From IMG/VR virus record IMGVR_UViG_3300044824_000068, positions 1-59,131 of that record: DNA of 59,131 bases, one strand, 5' to 3'. This DNA comes from a virus. Its lineage: Duplodnaviria; Caudoviricetes. The position numbers and the translations under genes were made by a program. How positions within the stretch are numbered: the stretch's first letter is position 1; the number at the start of each line of letters is the position of its first letter. The notes beneath the pieces were generated by a model. That model was not told where the DNA came from and did no database searches. It saw only the letters and a program-made list of their open reading frames with translations. Of the stretch, positions 27,740-38,161 are shown in pieces.

Positions 27740-28789
27740 ATGAGTCGTATTTTATTTATCGGAGACCCCCACCTCAAGATCAATAGGTTTGATCTTGCAA
27801 CTAGCTTCTTGACATGGCTTAATCAGCTTATAGCTGAGCAGAAGCCAGATCTTGTTGTAAACTTGGGTGATACGTTCGATACCCATGCGGTTCTACGTTC
27901 GGAGGTTTTGAATGAATTTATTAAGCATACTGATCATGTCATTGGCCTTGGGATTCCTTATGTGTATCTTTTGGGTAACCATGACATGTACAAGCCTAAT
28001 GATTCAAAGTATCATGCAATGCTTCCGTTCAAAGACAAGATCAAAAACCTATACGTCGTAGATAGGCCAATCGACCTATTTGACATGACGTTCGTGCCGT
28101 ATCAGCACGATGCCAGAAACTTTCCAACCAACACGCTTCCTGTTGTGGTAGCGCACCAAACGTTCACGGGAGCAGATTATGGCCCTATCAGAGAAGCAGC
28201 GGGTGTCGATCCAAGTAGCCTTGCAGACGCTGATCTGGTCATCTCCGGACACATTCACAAACGACAGCAGATTGCAACTGGACAACAATCGGTGGGAGGA
28301 CGAGGAGCTACGGTTATTTATGTCGGCTCTCCGTTTAGTCAGTCTGCTTCAGACGTTGATCAAGTCAAAGGAATCACCATCTTTGATATGGCTACGTATG
28401 CACAAACCTTCTATCCAACTCCGCTTCCAACGTGGCGCAGGTTGGTATTCGTGGTATCACAGCACGCGACGATTGAGACGTTGGAAGCTTTAGTACAGCA
28501 AGATATCTCCGGGAGTAAGGATCATTGGGTTTTAGAGCTCCAAGGTCCTAAAGCAGAGATAGTGGGATACCTTGGTTCAAAGGAATATTCCGAAGCGGTG
28601 TCAGGGGTAGATGTCAAAGTAAAGACGAAGTTTACCGATAGCGAGAAAAGGAAAGTCTCGATCGAAGCAAAGTCAATGGAACACATTATATCAGAGTTCG
28701 TCGCTAAAGTGTATAATGGCTCCGTCGATAAGGAAGAACTTTCTTCCCGCGCTAAAGATATTTTAAATGAAGCTAGATTAAGCAAATGA
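27740..28789 (+). CDS. sbcD: SbcD/Mre11 (T4 gp47-like) nuclease
   Basis: IGDPH, NLGDTFD, LGNHD, VAHQ, SGHIH, YVGSP. Confidence 0.88.
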   Translation: MSRILFIGDPHLKINRFDLATSFLTWLNQLIAEQKPDLVVNLGDTFDTHAVLRSEVLNEFIKHTDHVIGLGIPYVYLLGNHDMYKPNDSKYHAMLPFKDKIKNLYVVDRPIDLFDMTFVPYQHDARNFPTNTLPVVVAHQTFTGADYGPIREAAGVDPSSLADADLVISGHIHKRQQIATGQQSVGGRGATVIYVGSPFSQSASDVDQVKGITIFDMATYAQTFYPTPLPTWRRLVFVVSQHATIETLEALVQQDISGSKDHWVLELQGPKAEIVGYLGSKEYSEAVSGVDVKVKTKFTDSEKRKVSIEAKSMEHIISEFVAKVYNGSVDKEELSSRAKDILNEARLSK

Positions 28790-28842
28790 AAGTCACCCAC
28801 CTGATATAATAGGTGTAAGGTGGTTTGCACCCGGGAGAAGCA

Positions 28843-29292
28843 ATGGATATAGAACAACTAAGTCAGCAGATTGATCAGCAGAGATGGCTATTGAACAATG
28901 GCCTCATCACTGATACCGTCAAGGACCAGTTGTTTTTCTATGGTTCTATTGTTCATCCTGATGTGCAAGCAGTTGAAGTAAAGCTAAAACCTGAAGAGAA
29001 GAGCGTGGATTATACTATCTACGTTACTAAGAAAACTCTAAGTAGAATTGCTTTATATAACAAACTAGCCACCTCTACATCGCTATTTGGCATGTGGAGA
29101 TTCAAGCGCTTCTTAAAGAAAGAAGGCAGTTTAAATTTTCAGGGCATGTTAAGTAAATTCGTTAAGGATTTTTGTGGACCTACTTGGTCCACCAAACTCA
29201 CTATAATAGACTTCGATGTATACGTAGATAGCATTGGAGTTGAAGGTGAGCCCGACGGAACGAGTCAGCCAGCTAATAAATTGCCTGACTAA
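28843..29292 (+). CDS. Hypothetical protein
   Basis: GGAG SD; upstream TATAAT. Confidence 0.65.
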   Translation: MDIEQLSQQIDQQRWLLNNGLITDTVKDQLFFYGSIVHPDVQAVEVKLKPEEKSVDYTIYVTKKTLSRIALYNKLATSTSLFGMWRFKRFLKKEGSLNFQGMLSKFVKDFCGPTWSTKLTIIDFDVYVDSIGVEGEPDGTSQPANKLPD

Positions 29293-29668
29293 TGATGAAG
29301 ACCAACGTCAAGATTTGTGGGTCCACTATCTAAGTGGTCACTCGCCCTCGACTTTTGCCTCTCACCTCAATAAGTTGAACAGAGAGTTCTCGAACGATTC
29401 TGAGTTACAGAACTTTCTTTGGGACTTGTTCAAGAACCCTCCATCTGATAAGTTTGCACGACTTCTAGGCAACTTCAGCAACATAGAACAATCCGTAGTG
29501 TGCCTATTAGCGCTAGGACTATCTGTGAGTGAGCTAAGTGGGTATAAAGAGATAAGTGAGATAAGGATTCGACATGTTATCTCTGTAGTTAGGGAAAACG
29601 GTTGCTGGGAAGAACTTTATGGCGTTGAAGAAACGACTGACAGAAGAAGAGAGATACGGGCTGAGTGA
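29234..29668 (+). CDS. Degenerate sigma-factor-like / HTH protein
   Basis: DQRQDLWVHYL (region-2-like) and FSNIEQSVVCLLALGLSVSELSGYKEISEIRIR (region-4/LuxR HTH-like). Confidence 0.5.
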   Translation: MELKVSPTERVSQLINCLTNDEDQRQDLWVHYLSGHSPSTFASHLNKLNREFSNDSELQNFLWDLFKNPPSDKFARLLGNFSNIEQSVVCLLALGLSVSELSGYKEISEIRIRHVISVVRENGCWEELYGVEETTDRRREIRAE

Positions 29669-30242
29669 GGAAGAGATCAAGCTTGCTGAGAAATTTCTCA
29701 GGAAGCACAAGACTGCAGGCGCCCTAAAAGAATTAGAGGCTGCCAAGCTTTTTGAACTTTACCTACTCGGTGAATCTCTCCCAAAAATTACTCAGCAGTT
29801 TCCTCAGTATCAACTGGGACAGATTGCTCTTACAGCATCGCTGCGCGGATGGGCTCATGATCGCGACAAGATGATGCACACTCTTCAGGATAGAGTTCGT
29901 GCTAAGGTTGTTAAATCCGTCCTAGAACAAGTTGACTTTCTCACAGCTATGATGTCTGTAACCAATGCAGAGCATCTAGAGGTCATGATCAAGTATTGCC
30001 AAGATCCAATAAATAATCCTAAGCCAACCCTTCGTGTCACAAACATTAAGGAGTACAAAGATGTGGCTGAGACGCTATACAAGATTGTAAGCGGCGCTAC
30101 CCCTGGAGCCAAGAACAACAAGTCTCCGATGTTTGACGCTTTGAGTCCACCGTCGAAGCATGTAGAAGAAAAACCGGCAGAGCCAGATGCTGCCTCGATG
30201 CTAGCTGAAGTAGTGAGAGTAGATGTCGAAGAAGGCAACTAA
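29619..30242 (+). CDS. Putative terminase small subunit
   Basis: HTH-like N-terminal half; immediately upstream of and overlapping the large terminase. Confidence 0.45.
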   Translation: MALKKRLTEEERYGLSEEEIKLAEKFLRKHKTAGALKELEAAKLFELYLLGESLPKITQQFPQYQLGQIALTASLRGWAHDRDKMMHTLQDRVRAKVVKSVLEQVDFLTAMMSVTNAEHLEVMIKYCQDPINNPKPTLRVTNIKEYKDVAETLYKIVSGATPGAKNNKSPMFDALSPPSKHVEEKPAEPDAASMLAEVVRVDVEEGN

Positions 30243-32157
30243 ACTAACATTTGAGCAGCAAAAGAAGCTGCTACTAACGCCGTGCAGGAACAGACAGGAA
30301 GTAAAGAACTGGATTAAGTACCATCTTAGTCTAGAACTCCCTGATGTCACTGTCTCCAGATACTCGGATACCAACCCCTTAGACGTGATCTGGGAGGTGT
30401 ATCGCATCTGCGTGCTCCAGCAGAACCCTGACAATATTCAGGAGCTTCTCTTCGTTGCTGGTCGAGGATCTGGCAAGACGTTGGGGATGGCTATCGCAGA
30501 GCTGATGATCCTGCTGCATGATAAGCGCGACGTTGTGCACGTAGGCGCCATTCAGAACCAAGCTGAACGTTGCTATGCTTACCAGAAGAACTTCCTATAT
30601 AATCGCAAGCTAAAACCCATAGTTATTCCAGCTGACGTTCCAGAAGACGAGCGTATCCTTGAGAAGGCCAACATGTCGAAGTCCATCTTCAATATTGGCC
30701 AAGATAAGATCACCTTAGAAGTTCTTCCTTGCACATTAAAGGCTTGTAACGGTCCCCACGTTCCTCTCGTGGTCGTAGATGAGATCGATACAGTATCCGG
30801 TGAAGGCGTCAAGGCGTTCAAGGAAATCTCCGGCATGCTTGACTCCAAGGGCGGTAAGAAAGCCCTCCGCGTGGGTATCTCTACCCGCAAGTCTCGCTAT
30901 GGGTTGATGAATCAGAAGCTAGAAGAGATCGAAGGAACTCCAGATAAGACCCGCGTTGCTCGCAGATGGACAGCGTTTGAGTTCACCGAGCGTTGCCCTG
31001 ATAGTAGGTCAGGTACGACCCCTGTAGATCTATATGTTAACCAAGACAAGATGGAAGTCCTCATCGAGGATGATTTTGCCAAGAAGGACAGACATAAGCA
31101 GAAGGAGTACGTCAAGCACAAGGGCCTGAACGGATGCATCAAGTGTCCGTTATTCTCTGTATGTTTGACAGATGCTAAGAAACAGACGTCCACATCTCCA
31201 ATGTTGAAGACCCTTGACGAGATGATTCAGAAGGTTAGAGCCGAGGGTGCCGACTGGGCACTCGCTCAGCTTATGAACCTGAAACCCTCTGTTGAAGGCA
31301 TTATTTTTAGAGAATTCGATGAGAAAATCCATATCAAGACGTGGAACCAGATGTGGCTCATCCTCGTTGGTAAAGAGTTTCCAGGTGAGTGTACCCACGA
31401 CACCTTCATCAAGAAGTGCCACGAGATGAACATTCCTTGCTATGCCGGCATCGACTGGGGTTTCTCTTCCCCAAACACTGTGGTGTTCTTCTTTGTTGAC
31501 TCAAGGGATAACATCTATGTTGTGAAAACGGATGGTATGACTCACATCAGCACTCCAACGTGGATTCACCATATCAAGACTAAATATCACACCATGTATA
31601 GGTGCCAACTGTATGTTCCTGATGCCGCTGACCAAGGCGCCATCCTAGAAATGCAGAAGGCCGGTCTACCTGTCTCTAACCAGGAGAAGGGTGAGATCAT
31701 GGCGGGTATCCAGGTTATTAAGAAGTTCTTAAAGATTCCTGGTACCACTGATGCTAAGTTATTTTTGGCTCAAGATATGTGCGTTCCTTTAGTGAGAGAG
31801 TTTGGACTATATCACTTCAAGGTTAATGCTGCTGGACTTATCACAGATGATCCGGACACAGAGCACGACCATTGGATTGATGCCCTCAGATACCCCATGA
31901 CGCTGCTCTTTGGCAAGTCTCAGATCATCCTTGGGAGCGGGTTGATGGATCAGGCGTCTAATCTACAGGATGGACACGGTAACTTTCATAGGATGCCGTC
32001 TCCTACAGAGTTTGCCCTTACTCAGGGCATAAAGATGAACGACCAGGAACCTGATAGGTCTAAGTTGGGCAAGATAGGCAAACCGTCCGAGTTAGAAGAT
32101 CCCGGGAACGATGATGACTCAACGGGTGGGGCTGGTGGCTTCATCTGGAGCATTTAG
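30223..32157 (+). CDS. Terminase large subunit
   Basis: AGRGSGKT, VVVDEID, GIDWGF, DHWIDALRY. Confidence 0.92.
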   Translation: MSKKATKLTFEQQKKLLLTPCRNRQEVKNWIKYHLSLELPDVTVSRYSDTNPLDVIWEVYRICVLQQNPDNIQELLFVAGRGSGKTLGMAIAELMILLHDKRDVVHVGAIQNQAERCYAYQKNFLYNRKLKPIVIPADVPEDERILEKANMSKSIFNIGQDKITLEVLPCTLKACNGPHVPLVVVDEIDTVSGEGVKAFKEISGMLDSKGGKKALRVGISTRKSRYGLMNQKLEEIEGTPDKTRVARRWTAFEFTERCPDSRSGTTPVDLYVNQDKMEVLIEDDFAKKDRHKQKEYVKHKGLNGCIKCPLFSVCLTDAKKQTSTSPMLKTLDEMIQKVRAEGADWALAQLMNLKPSVEGIIFREFDEKIHIKTWNQMWLILVGKEFPGECTHDTFIKKCHEMNIPCYAGIDWGFSSPNTVVFFFVDSRDNIYVVKTDGMTHISTPTWIHHIKTKYHTMYRCQLYVPDAADQGAILEMQKAGLPVSNQEKGEIMAGIQVIKKFLKIPGTTDAKLFLAQDMCVPLVREFGLYHFKVNAAGLITDDPDTEHDHWIDALRYPMTLLFGKSQIILGSGLMDQASNLQDGHGNFHRMPSPTEFALTQGIKMNDQEPDRSKLGKIGKPSELEDPGNDDDSTGGAGGFIWSI

Positions 32158-32191
32158 GACACTTTAAGTTACTAGAAGGTATAATCAGTTA

Positions 32192-34198
32192 ATGGCCTGG
32201 TACGACGATTGGTTAAAAAATAGGGTTCAGGGGCAGATAGAAGAGCTTTTGAAGGCTGACGGTGTTTCTGCTGTAACAGAAGTCCCACCTGGCGGTGTAT
32301 CATCGTTTGCTTCTCCAGAGACGCCAGCTGGTGCCGACGGCGACAAGTTGCCAGATATTCCAGAAGCAGATCATGATGCTGGAAAACAGATTGGTCGCAA
32401 GGCGTACGTAGACGATCCTTATTTCGACATGATTGGCACTCAAGTCAATTATAAGTTCAAACTAACGCGCATCTCCAACAAGACCCTTAAAGAAGTTTCG
32501 GTCCGTGATTGGCTCATCTCGGCCATTATTCAATGCCGCGTGGATACACTACTTAGGTTTTCTAGACCAGAACATCGTCGCTTCGAGATGGGTTTCCGCA
32601 TCATTAAGAGGGATTTCGAATCTCACTACACACCAGAAGAGAAGGACGAGATTTCAGCAATCGAAGACTTCGTATATAACTGTGGTCGTAAGGAAGGTAC
32701 TCCGCACGACGACAAAAGAAACTTCGGCGAGTTCTTGAAAGTGATCGGCCGCGACGCTTTGACATTCGGACATGTTGCCATTGAAAAGGTTAAGACAAGA
32801 GCAGGTGGTTTGCATAGGTTTCGTCCTCTCCCCGGAGAGTCGATGTACTTAATTAATAAGTCTCTCTCCAAGGAGCAGGTTAGTACCAATTCTATGAAGA
32901 GCTATCAGCTCACCAAACCTAAGAGCAACAATGATCCTAAGACTGATCAAGTTGTCAATGAAGTCGAGAATGACTACATTAAATACGTTCAGATCTCCTA
33001 CGATAATAGACCTCTTGCCACGTTTGGCGATGAAGATTGCATCTGGAAACTGTTCAACCCACAGAACTTCTCAGATTCTCTAGGATATTGCTACTCACCT
33101 CTTGAGTTGGCAATCATCAACATCACTAACCATTTGAACGTTGAAAACTACAATGCTAACTTCTTCACGCACGGTTATGCCGCTCGTGGCGTTCTTCACC
33201 TTAAGGGCACCGTAACGCAGCAGCAGCTTGCTAACTTCCGCAGAACTTTCTATAACAGCATCACTGGTCACCAGAACGCTTGGAGAACTCCGATCGTTGC
33301 GGGCCTTGATGAAGTTCAATGGGTCCCAATGTCTGCTAACGCTAAGGAGATGGAGTACCTCAACTACAACAACCATCTCATGCGCATCCTATGCGCTCAG
33401 TTCCAGATCGATCCGGTAGAGCTTGGCCTTGATTACCTCATATCTTCCAATGGCCGCGCTCCGATGCAGCAGGCTAGCAATGAATATAAGATCATCTACT
33501 CCCGTGAGCGTGGTTTAGTTCCGCTACTCATGTTCATCGAAGACATCATGAACGCTGACGTTCTGATGGCCCTGGATCCTGCTATAGCCGCTAAGTACAA
33601 GTTTGTATTTACCGGCATGACCGAAGAAACTCCTCAAACTGAGATTGCTCAGATGCAGGCGGAGATGACTGTTTGGAAGACGATGAACGATCTTCTCAAG
33701 CAGGCTCAAAAGGATAAGATCGACCAGGAAGTTGCCGATCTACCTCTCAACCAGGCATTCTGGGCACTAGTTGAGAAGAACTATACACGCGGCGAGATCC
33801 GCGAGAAATTCTTCGGCGACAAAGACGCCTCCAAGAGACGTGAGCTTCAGTATATTCCTGGGGATCCATCTTTCTTGAATTGGAATCAGTTTATTGCTAC
33901 CATTGACGCTCAGAAGAAGCAGGAAGCCCAGATGGCTTCGCAGCAAGATGCTGCCGCTCAGGAAGCTCAGATGAAGATGACTCAGGAGCAGCAGAAGCAC
34001 GACCATGCCGAAGCAGCACACGGTCGCGACAAAGAGAAGCATACCCTTGAGATGGAGCAGATCAAGGCTAAGGCCGCCAGCGATGCTGTCCAGCATGGGC
34101 TGAAGGATACTGCAAAGCAATTTGGTGCCTCTAAGGCATCAAACGTGGGTGGGCAAGAAGTCGCTAACCCAATGAACAAGAACGATGGATCAGAGTAA
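32192..34198 (+). CDS. Portal protein
   Basis: YCYSPLE, YNANFFTHG, AKEMEY, AQFQIDPVELG, SRERGLVPLL; follows terminase. Confidence 0.9.
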   Translation: MAWYDDWLKNRVQGQIEELLKADGVSAVTEVPPGGVSSFASPETPAGADGDKLPDIPEADHDAGKQIGRKAYVDDPYFDMIGTQVNYKFKLTRISNKTLKEVSVRDWLISAIIQCRVDTLLRFSRPEHRRFEMGFRIIKRDFESHYTPEEKDEISAIEDFVYNCGRKEGTPHDDKRNFGEFLKVIGRDALTFGHVAIEKVKTRAGGLHRFRPLPGESMYLINKSLSKEQVSTNSMKSYQLTKPKSNNDPKTDQVVNEVENDYIKYVQISYDNRPLATFGDEDCIWKLFNPQNFSDSLGYCYSPLELAIINITNHLNVENYNANFFTHGYAARGVLHLKGTVTQQQLANFRRTFYNSITGHQNAWRTPIVAGLDEVQWVPMSANAKEMEYLNYNNHLMRILCAQFQIDPVELGLDYLISSNGRAPMQQASNEYKIIYSRERGLVPLLMFIEDIMNADVLMALDPAIAAKYKFVFTGMTEETPQTEIAQMQAEMTVWKTMNDLLKQAQKDKIDQEVADLPLNQAFWALVEKNYTRGEIREKFFGDKDASKRRELQYIPGDPSFLNWNQFIATIDAQKKQEAQMASQQDAAAQEAQMKMTQEQQKHDHAEAAHGRDKEKHTLEMEQIKAKAASDAVQHGLKDTAKQFGASKASNVGGQEVANPMNKNDGSE

Positions 34199-34349
34199 GC
34201 TATACATCAACGAGGACTCAGGGGAAGTTGTAACCCCAGAAGTTCACCACTCCATCATGATGCTAATCAAGGTGATGTTTAGACTAAGTATCATCGACGA
34301 AGAGCAAGCACTCAAAATAGCTTCAAAGTTTCAAATTCTGTTTGTATAA
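34185..34349 (+). CDS. Small hypothetical protein (54 aa; not in ORF track)
   Basis: MDQSKLYINEDSGEVV... fills the gap between portal and kinase. Confidence 0.45.
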   Translation: MDQSKLYINEDSGEVVTPEVHHSIMMLIKVMFRLSIIDEEQALKIASKFQILFV

Positions 34350-34360
34350 TCAAACAGAAT

Positions 34361-35191
34361 ATGGCGTTAATTATCCTAGAAGGTTTAGATAGAACTGGCA
34401 AGAGCTCCGTCGCTCAGATGTTTGAGAGACAGGGCTTTGAGCTTATTCATATGTCTGCTCCAGATAAATCTATGTCGCAGGAAGGTTATGTTGGACCTAG
34501 TTACCTCGATATGATGGTTGACATGCTTACGACTATAGCTGGTCGTGATGTAGTCCTTGACCGTAGTCACTATGGTGAACTAGTATGGCCTCAAGTGTAC
34601 GGCCGGAAGGCCCTCCTCGATGAAGACGACATGGAAATTCTGCGAGAGATAGAGAATAACATGGATGTCACTCGCATCCTGATGACAGATTCTAACAGCG
34701 ATGCTCATTGGCAGAGATGTGTTGACAATAATGAGCCTCTCACGAAGGTGCAATTTGTAAAGGCTAGATCGCTGTACTCTGGCATGGCGGATAAGTACGA
34801 CTTTGCCCGCAAGATGCTTAAGGACTTCCCTGATGCAGAGCAACCGTTACCCGCGAACAGTAAAGATGCCGCCAATCCTACTCCCGCTACCAGTGCTGAA
34901 GCTGATTCTTCTGCTAAGGAAACTGGAAATAATAAAACCAGTACTCTAAGTAAATCAAAAGAACAACTTAAGCTCGAGAGAGCAAATATCATAAATGAAG
35001 TCCTAGAGAAGCGCCTCATCAAGGGCAAGGGACCTATGTACGATGAAGTCGAACGTAGTGTTCGTCACTTCTTAAACACTGAACTGGGTAAAATTCTTGG
35101 GACAGCAACAGCAACACCCGGTCTTTCAAACGAAGAGATAGAGTTGCTTAAGTTTTTCTGCAAGAGATTAAAAGACAAGGAGACAGAGTAA
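34361..35191 (+). CDS. Thymidylate/dNMP kinase-like P-loop protein with C-terminal extension
   Basis: ILEGLDRTGKS, VVLDRSHYGELVW. Confidence 0.8.
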   Translation: MALIILEGLDRTGKSSVAQMFERQGFELIHMSAPDKSMSQEGYVGPSYLDMMVDMLTTIAGRDVVLDRSHYGELVWPQVYGRKALLDEDDMEILREIENNMDVTRILMTDSNSDAHWQRCVDNNEPLTKVQFVKARSLYSGMADKYDFARKMLKDFPDAEQPLPANSKDAANPTPATSAEADSSAKETGNNKTSTLSKSKEQLKLERANIINEVLEKRLIKGKGPMYDEVERSVRHFLNTELGKILGTATATPGLSNEEIELLKFFCKRLKDKETE

Positions 35192-35841
35192 TGAAGGGTT
35201 TTAGACAGCAAGCACAGGGTTCACGTAAAGAGAGACTTCGCGAGTTGGAGGTTGAACTTAAGAATCTATCGATGTCTTCTCGTATCAACCAGATGATGAC
35301 TCAACAGTTGATGCAGAACTTGAAGCCTATGCACGAAGATTTGGTTCGCACGACTGGCCTTATCCAGGAGCTGCAATACAAGGTCCTAGCGGCTCAGAAG
35401 GTTGCAGGTCTTGACATTGAGCTCCTCAATGCAGCGGCTAATGAGATGCGTTTGGCAGATTTCACCGATGCTTCTGATAAGGAAGATGCGAGAGCTGGTT
35501 TCACTGTGGGCGCTGTTGTAGATGCTGATAGCACCGTAGTGCTAACCTCTACGACCGAAGAGAAAGATCGTGGCATCTTCCGTTCACGTCTTAAACTATC
35601 CGAGTGCGGAGTTCCTGACCTAATTCAAGCCTTCACTGGTCGTGAGGTTGGAGCTAAAGCAGTCGTACAACTCAATGGGTTAGAACATGTCGTCGAACTA
35701 CTTGCTATCCGCCAACCAGCTCCAGCAGCAGCACCGGCAACTGAAGGAAGCGCTCAAGGAGCTGGAGATACAGCTTCGAATGCTCAGGGTGACGTCGCTG
35801 CTCCGCAAGTTGCGAGTTCTGAGGTAGCGGCTACCGCGTAA
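35191..35841 (+). CDS. Coiled-coil protein with a weak trigger-factor/FKBP-like segment
   Basis: VPDLIQAFTGREVGAKAVVQL...HVVELLAI resembles the FKBP/GreA-type beta domain. Confidence 0.55.
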   Translation: MKGFRQQAQGSRKERLRELEVELKNLSMSSRINQMMTQQLMQNLKPMHEDLVRTTGLIQELQYKVLAAQKVAGLDIELLNAAANEMRLADFTDASDKEDARAGFTVGAVVDADSTVVLTSTTEEKDRGIFRSRLKLSECGVPDLIQAFTGREVGAKAVVQLNGLEHVVELLAIRQPAPAAAPATEGSAQGAGDTASNAQGDVAAPQVASSEVAATA

Positions 35842-36254
35842 TGTCTGACGAAGATAACAAGATGGATGAGAGGTGCCCACGCGCTCTGGAAGACCTCCCG
35901 AGCGAGTGGTGCCCTCTTGCCGTCATGCGTCTTCGAGCCATCAGAACGGCCGGGCGCGAACTCACTGAAGAAGAAGAATCTAAGCTTCCTGGATGCCCAT
36001 GGGCTGTGAACCATCAGCTAGCTAACTACTGCTTCTTCAAGTACATCAAGGAATTCTCTGGCGATAAGCAACCCTCTGACATGGAGGTTGCTTCTTTGAA
36101 CTGCATGTCTGTAGATGCAGTGAAGAAGACCGAGAAAACTGCCCTCAACAAGATCAGAGAGACTGAGCAATTCAAGTCTTTGAAAGAGTCAATGGAAGGT
36201 GAGAATGTGGTCAATGAACATCATTCGGACGACGACTATAAAATTTACAGATAA
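35841..36254 (+). CDS. Cys-containing protein with sigma region-4-like HTH
   Basis: SDMEVASLNCMSVDAVKKTEKTALNKIR matches the sigma 4.2 pattern. Confidence 0.55.
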   Translation: MSDEDNKMDERCPRALEDLPSEWCPLAVMRLRAIRTAGRELTEEEESKLPGCPWAVNHQLANYCFFKYIKEFSGDKQPSDMEVASLNCMSVDAVKKTEKTALNKIRETEQFKSLKESMEGENVVNEHHSDDDYKIYR

Positions 36255-36411
36255 GCAGCGAAGAGTCAGATACGATCTGGTAGACCTACTAGACAAGTTA
36301 GGTCTTAAGACGAGACCAATCCTATACATTGAGCCACTTGAGACTACGTTAAAGTGTATGACTTTTGACAGTAGCAATCTAGTTCTTTGGCCTAATCTCC
36401 CAAAATCATAG
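36199..36411 (+). CDS. Small hypothetical protein
   Basis: 70-aa ORF; start uncertain. Confidence 0.4.
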   Translation: MRMWSMNIIRTTTIKFTDKQRRVRYDLVDLLDKLGLKTRPILYIEPLETTLKCMTFDSSNLVLWPNLPKS

Positions 36412-36437
36412 TTAAGTCCCTGGTATAATTGAGTGGT

Positions 36438-38096
36438 ATGGCCAAGAAACCACTCGAGATTGATGCGTGTGCAGGGTCCCAGCTTAGGGATACCCAAGGA
36501 GAGATGCTCTCCGTTGAAGGCGCTGACATATCCGAACTCCAGGCTGGCAAGGGCCGCTGGAACGACAATCATGGTAAGGGCTTCTTCAACTCAGTTGGCA
36601 GGATTACTCACGCCAAGAAGATTTTTAAAGAAGAAGACTGCGACGACGACCGCCATAGATACTACTGGAATAAGGTCAAAGCTCCATATGTCTACGTCAA
36701 GGGCTATCTATATGATGACGAAGATCATCCAAATGCAAAAGCCGCTGCTGCCATCCTTCGAAACGTTCATAAGACAGATTGCCCGTTGAAACTGAAAGCC
36801 TCCGTAGAAGGCGGAGTAATTTCGCGAGGCATTTCCGACCCATCTCTTCTTGCTCGGACCAAGATTCACAGCGTTGCACTAACTTTTACTCCCGCAAACA
36901 ACGCCACCCTCGTGGAACCGTTGAGTCTTGATAAGTCTCAATATGATGAAGCTGCAGACATGGAGCTTATCAAATCTGTTATACACCTTGCAGAAACGAA
37001 CGTACCTTCATTCCGTCACATCGCTCGTGATGCCTCAGCGTCTAAGGTGAGAGATAACATCGGGAAGATCGTTGAATTGATGAAGGGTGGTAGCACCATC
37101 GACATCCCAACCAAGCAGGAAATCCTACAGTACGCCTTGGAAGCTAAGATCCAGAACAATGTTACGCTCATCCACGAGATGATAGAGGAAGAGCTTGATA
37201 AGGGTATTAAAGACGGTATGATGGGCGCAGCCATGATGGGCGCAGCCGCTTTAGCTCCGCACGCAGCTCAAGCACCAGTAAATGCCGTTCATCAACCAGC
37301 TGCTCAGCAACAGGTTGATCTATCTAAGATGCCAAAAGAACATCAGCTCTTCTATCAAGGTATCTCTAAGAAGAATCCTGTCCTTGGCGCGATCGGTATG
37401 GTCGAGTCTAGCGGTGGTTTAAACTACGCGCATAAGCCTATGGCACAGGGTATGCATAATGGGCATGTTGCCGGCGGTATGTTCGGTATGATGCCTAACT
37501 CTGCAGAATATGCTCTACGTACTAATCCTGCGTTGGCTAAGAAGTATCCTAAGCTAGCAGAAGCTGCTAAGGACATGAAAAACAACCATCACGTGTTCAC
37601 GGATACCTTTAATTCCGATCCTCAAACAGCTTATGACTTCGCTGACGCCCTCATGAAGAGAAACAAAGGTAAGACGAAGGACTTGAGTATGTTGATTCAT
37701 TCGTGGAATCATGGACTTAAGGGTACATTTGACCGTTATAAAAAACAAGGGCCAGACGCTGTCAAAAACGATGACTATGTCAAGGGAGTAATGGAAGCTT
37801 ACAATAAGTTAGCACCAAAGCAAAATAGAAAGCCAGCAAAGCGACTCAATAAGGCGCTCACAGCTGGCTACGGTGGGGCTGGTTCCCCAACCGCGAATAC
37901 TGGCGGCGGAGTTCTTCAGAGTGAAGCTTTGGAAGACGGTAGGGGCAGCAAAAATAGCGCATTTAAGTACGTCACCTGCGACGATTGCGGTAAGGAACAA
38001 ATTTACTCTAAGTATCAAGTGAAGTGCCGCGATTGTGGCAAATCGTTTCCTATGGAAAAGCTTCATAAGCTTTTTTTAGGTGCCATCGCTACATAG
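36438..38096 (+). CDS. Prohead protease fused to a lytic transglycosylase-like domain and a Zn ribbon
   Basis: RDTQGEML, NDNH, ASVEGG, VALTFTPAN (protease); AIGMVESSGG, GMFGMMP, SWNHG (SLT-like); CDDC..CRDC. Confidence 0.8.
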   Translation: MAKKPLEIDACAGSQLRDTQGEMLSVEGADISELQAGKGRWNDNHGKGFFNSVGRITHAKKIFKEEDCDDDRHRYYWNKVKAPYVYVKGYLYDDEDHPNAKAAAAILRNVHKTDCPLKLKASVEGGVISRGISDPSLLARTKIHSVALTFTPANNATLVEPLSLDKSQYDEAADMELIKSVIHLAETNVPSFRHIARDASASKVRDNIGKIVELMKGGSTIDIPTKQEILQYALEAKIQNNVTLIHEMIEEELDKGIKDGMMGAAMMGAAALAPHAAQAPVNAVHQPAAQQQVDLSKMPKEHQLFYQGISKKNPVLGAIGMVESSGGLNYAHKPMAQGMHNGHVAGGMFGMMPNSAEYALRTNPALAKKYPKLAEAAKDMKNNHHVFTDTFNSDPQTAYDFADALMKRNKGKTKDLSMLIHSWNHGLKGTFDRYKKQGPDAVKNDDYVKGVMEAYNKLAPKQNRKPAKRLNKALTAGYGGAGSPTANTGGGVLQSEALEDGRGSKNSAFKYVTCDDCGKEQIYSKYQVKCRDCGKSFPMEKLHKLFLGAIAT

Positions 38097-38161
38097 TTCA
38101 ACAACTTTTTAAGCAACTCACTATGATGTGATCGCTATATATTTACTAAGGAGTAACTTTT

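Noticed and set aside
19333-32157. Inteins or introns in dnaE, recA or terminase
   Set aside because: Protein lengths are normal and no intein C1...HN signatures or frame breaks were seen. DnaE has only a short helical insertion in the PHP domain.
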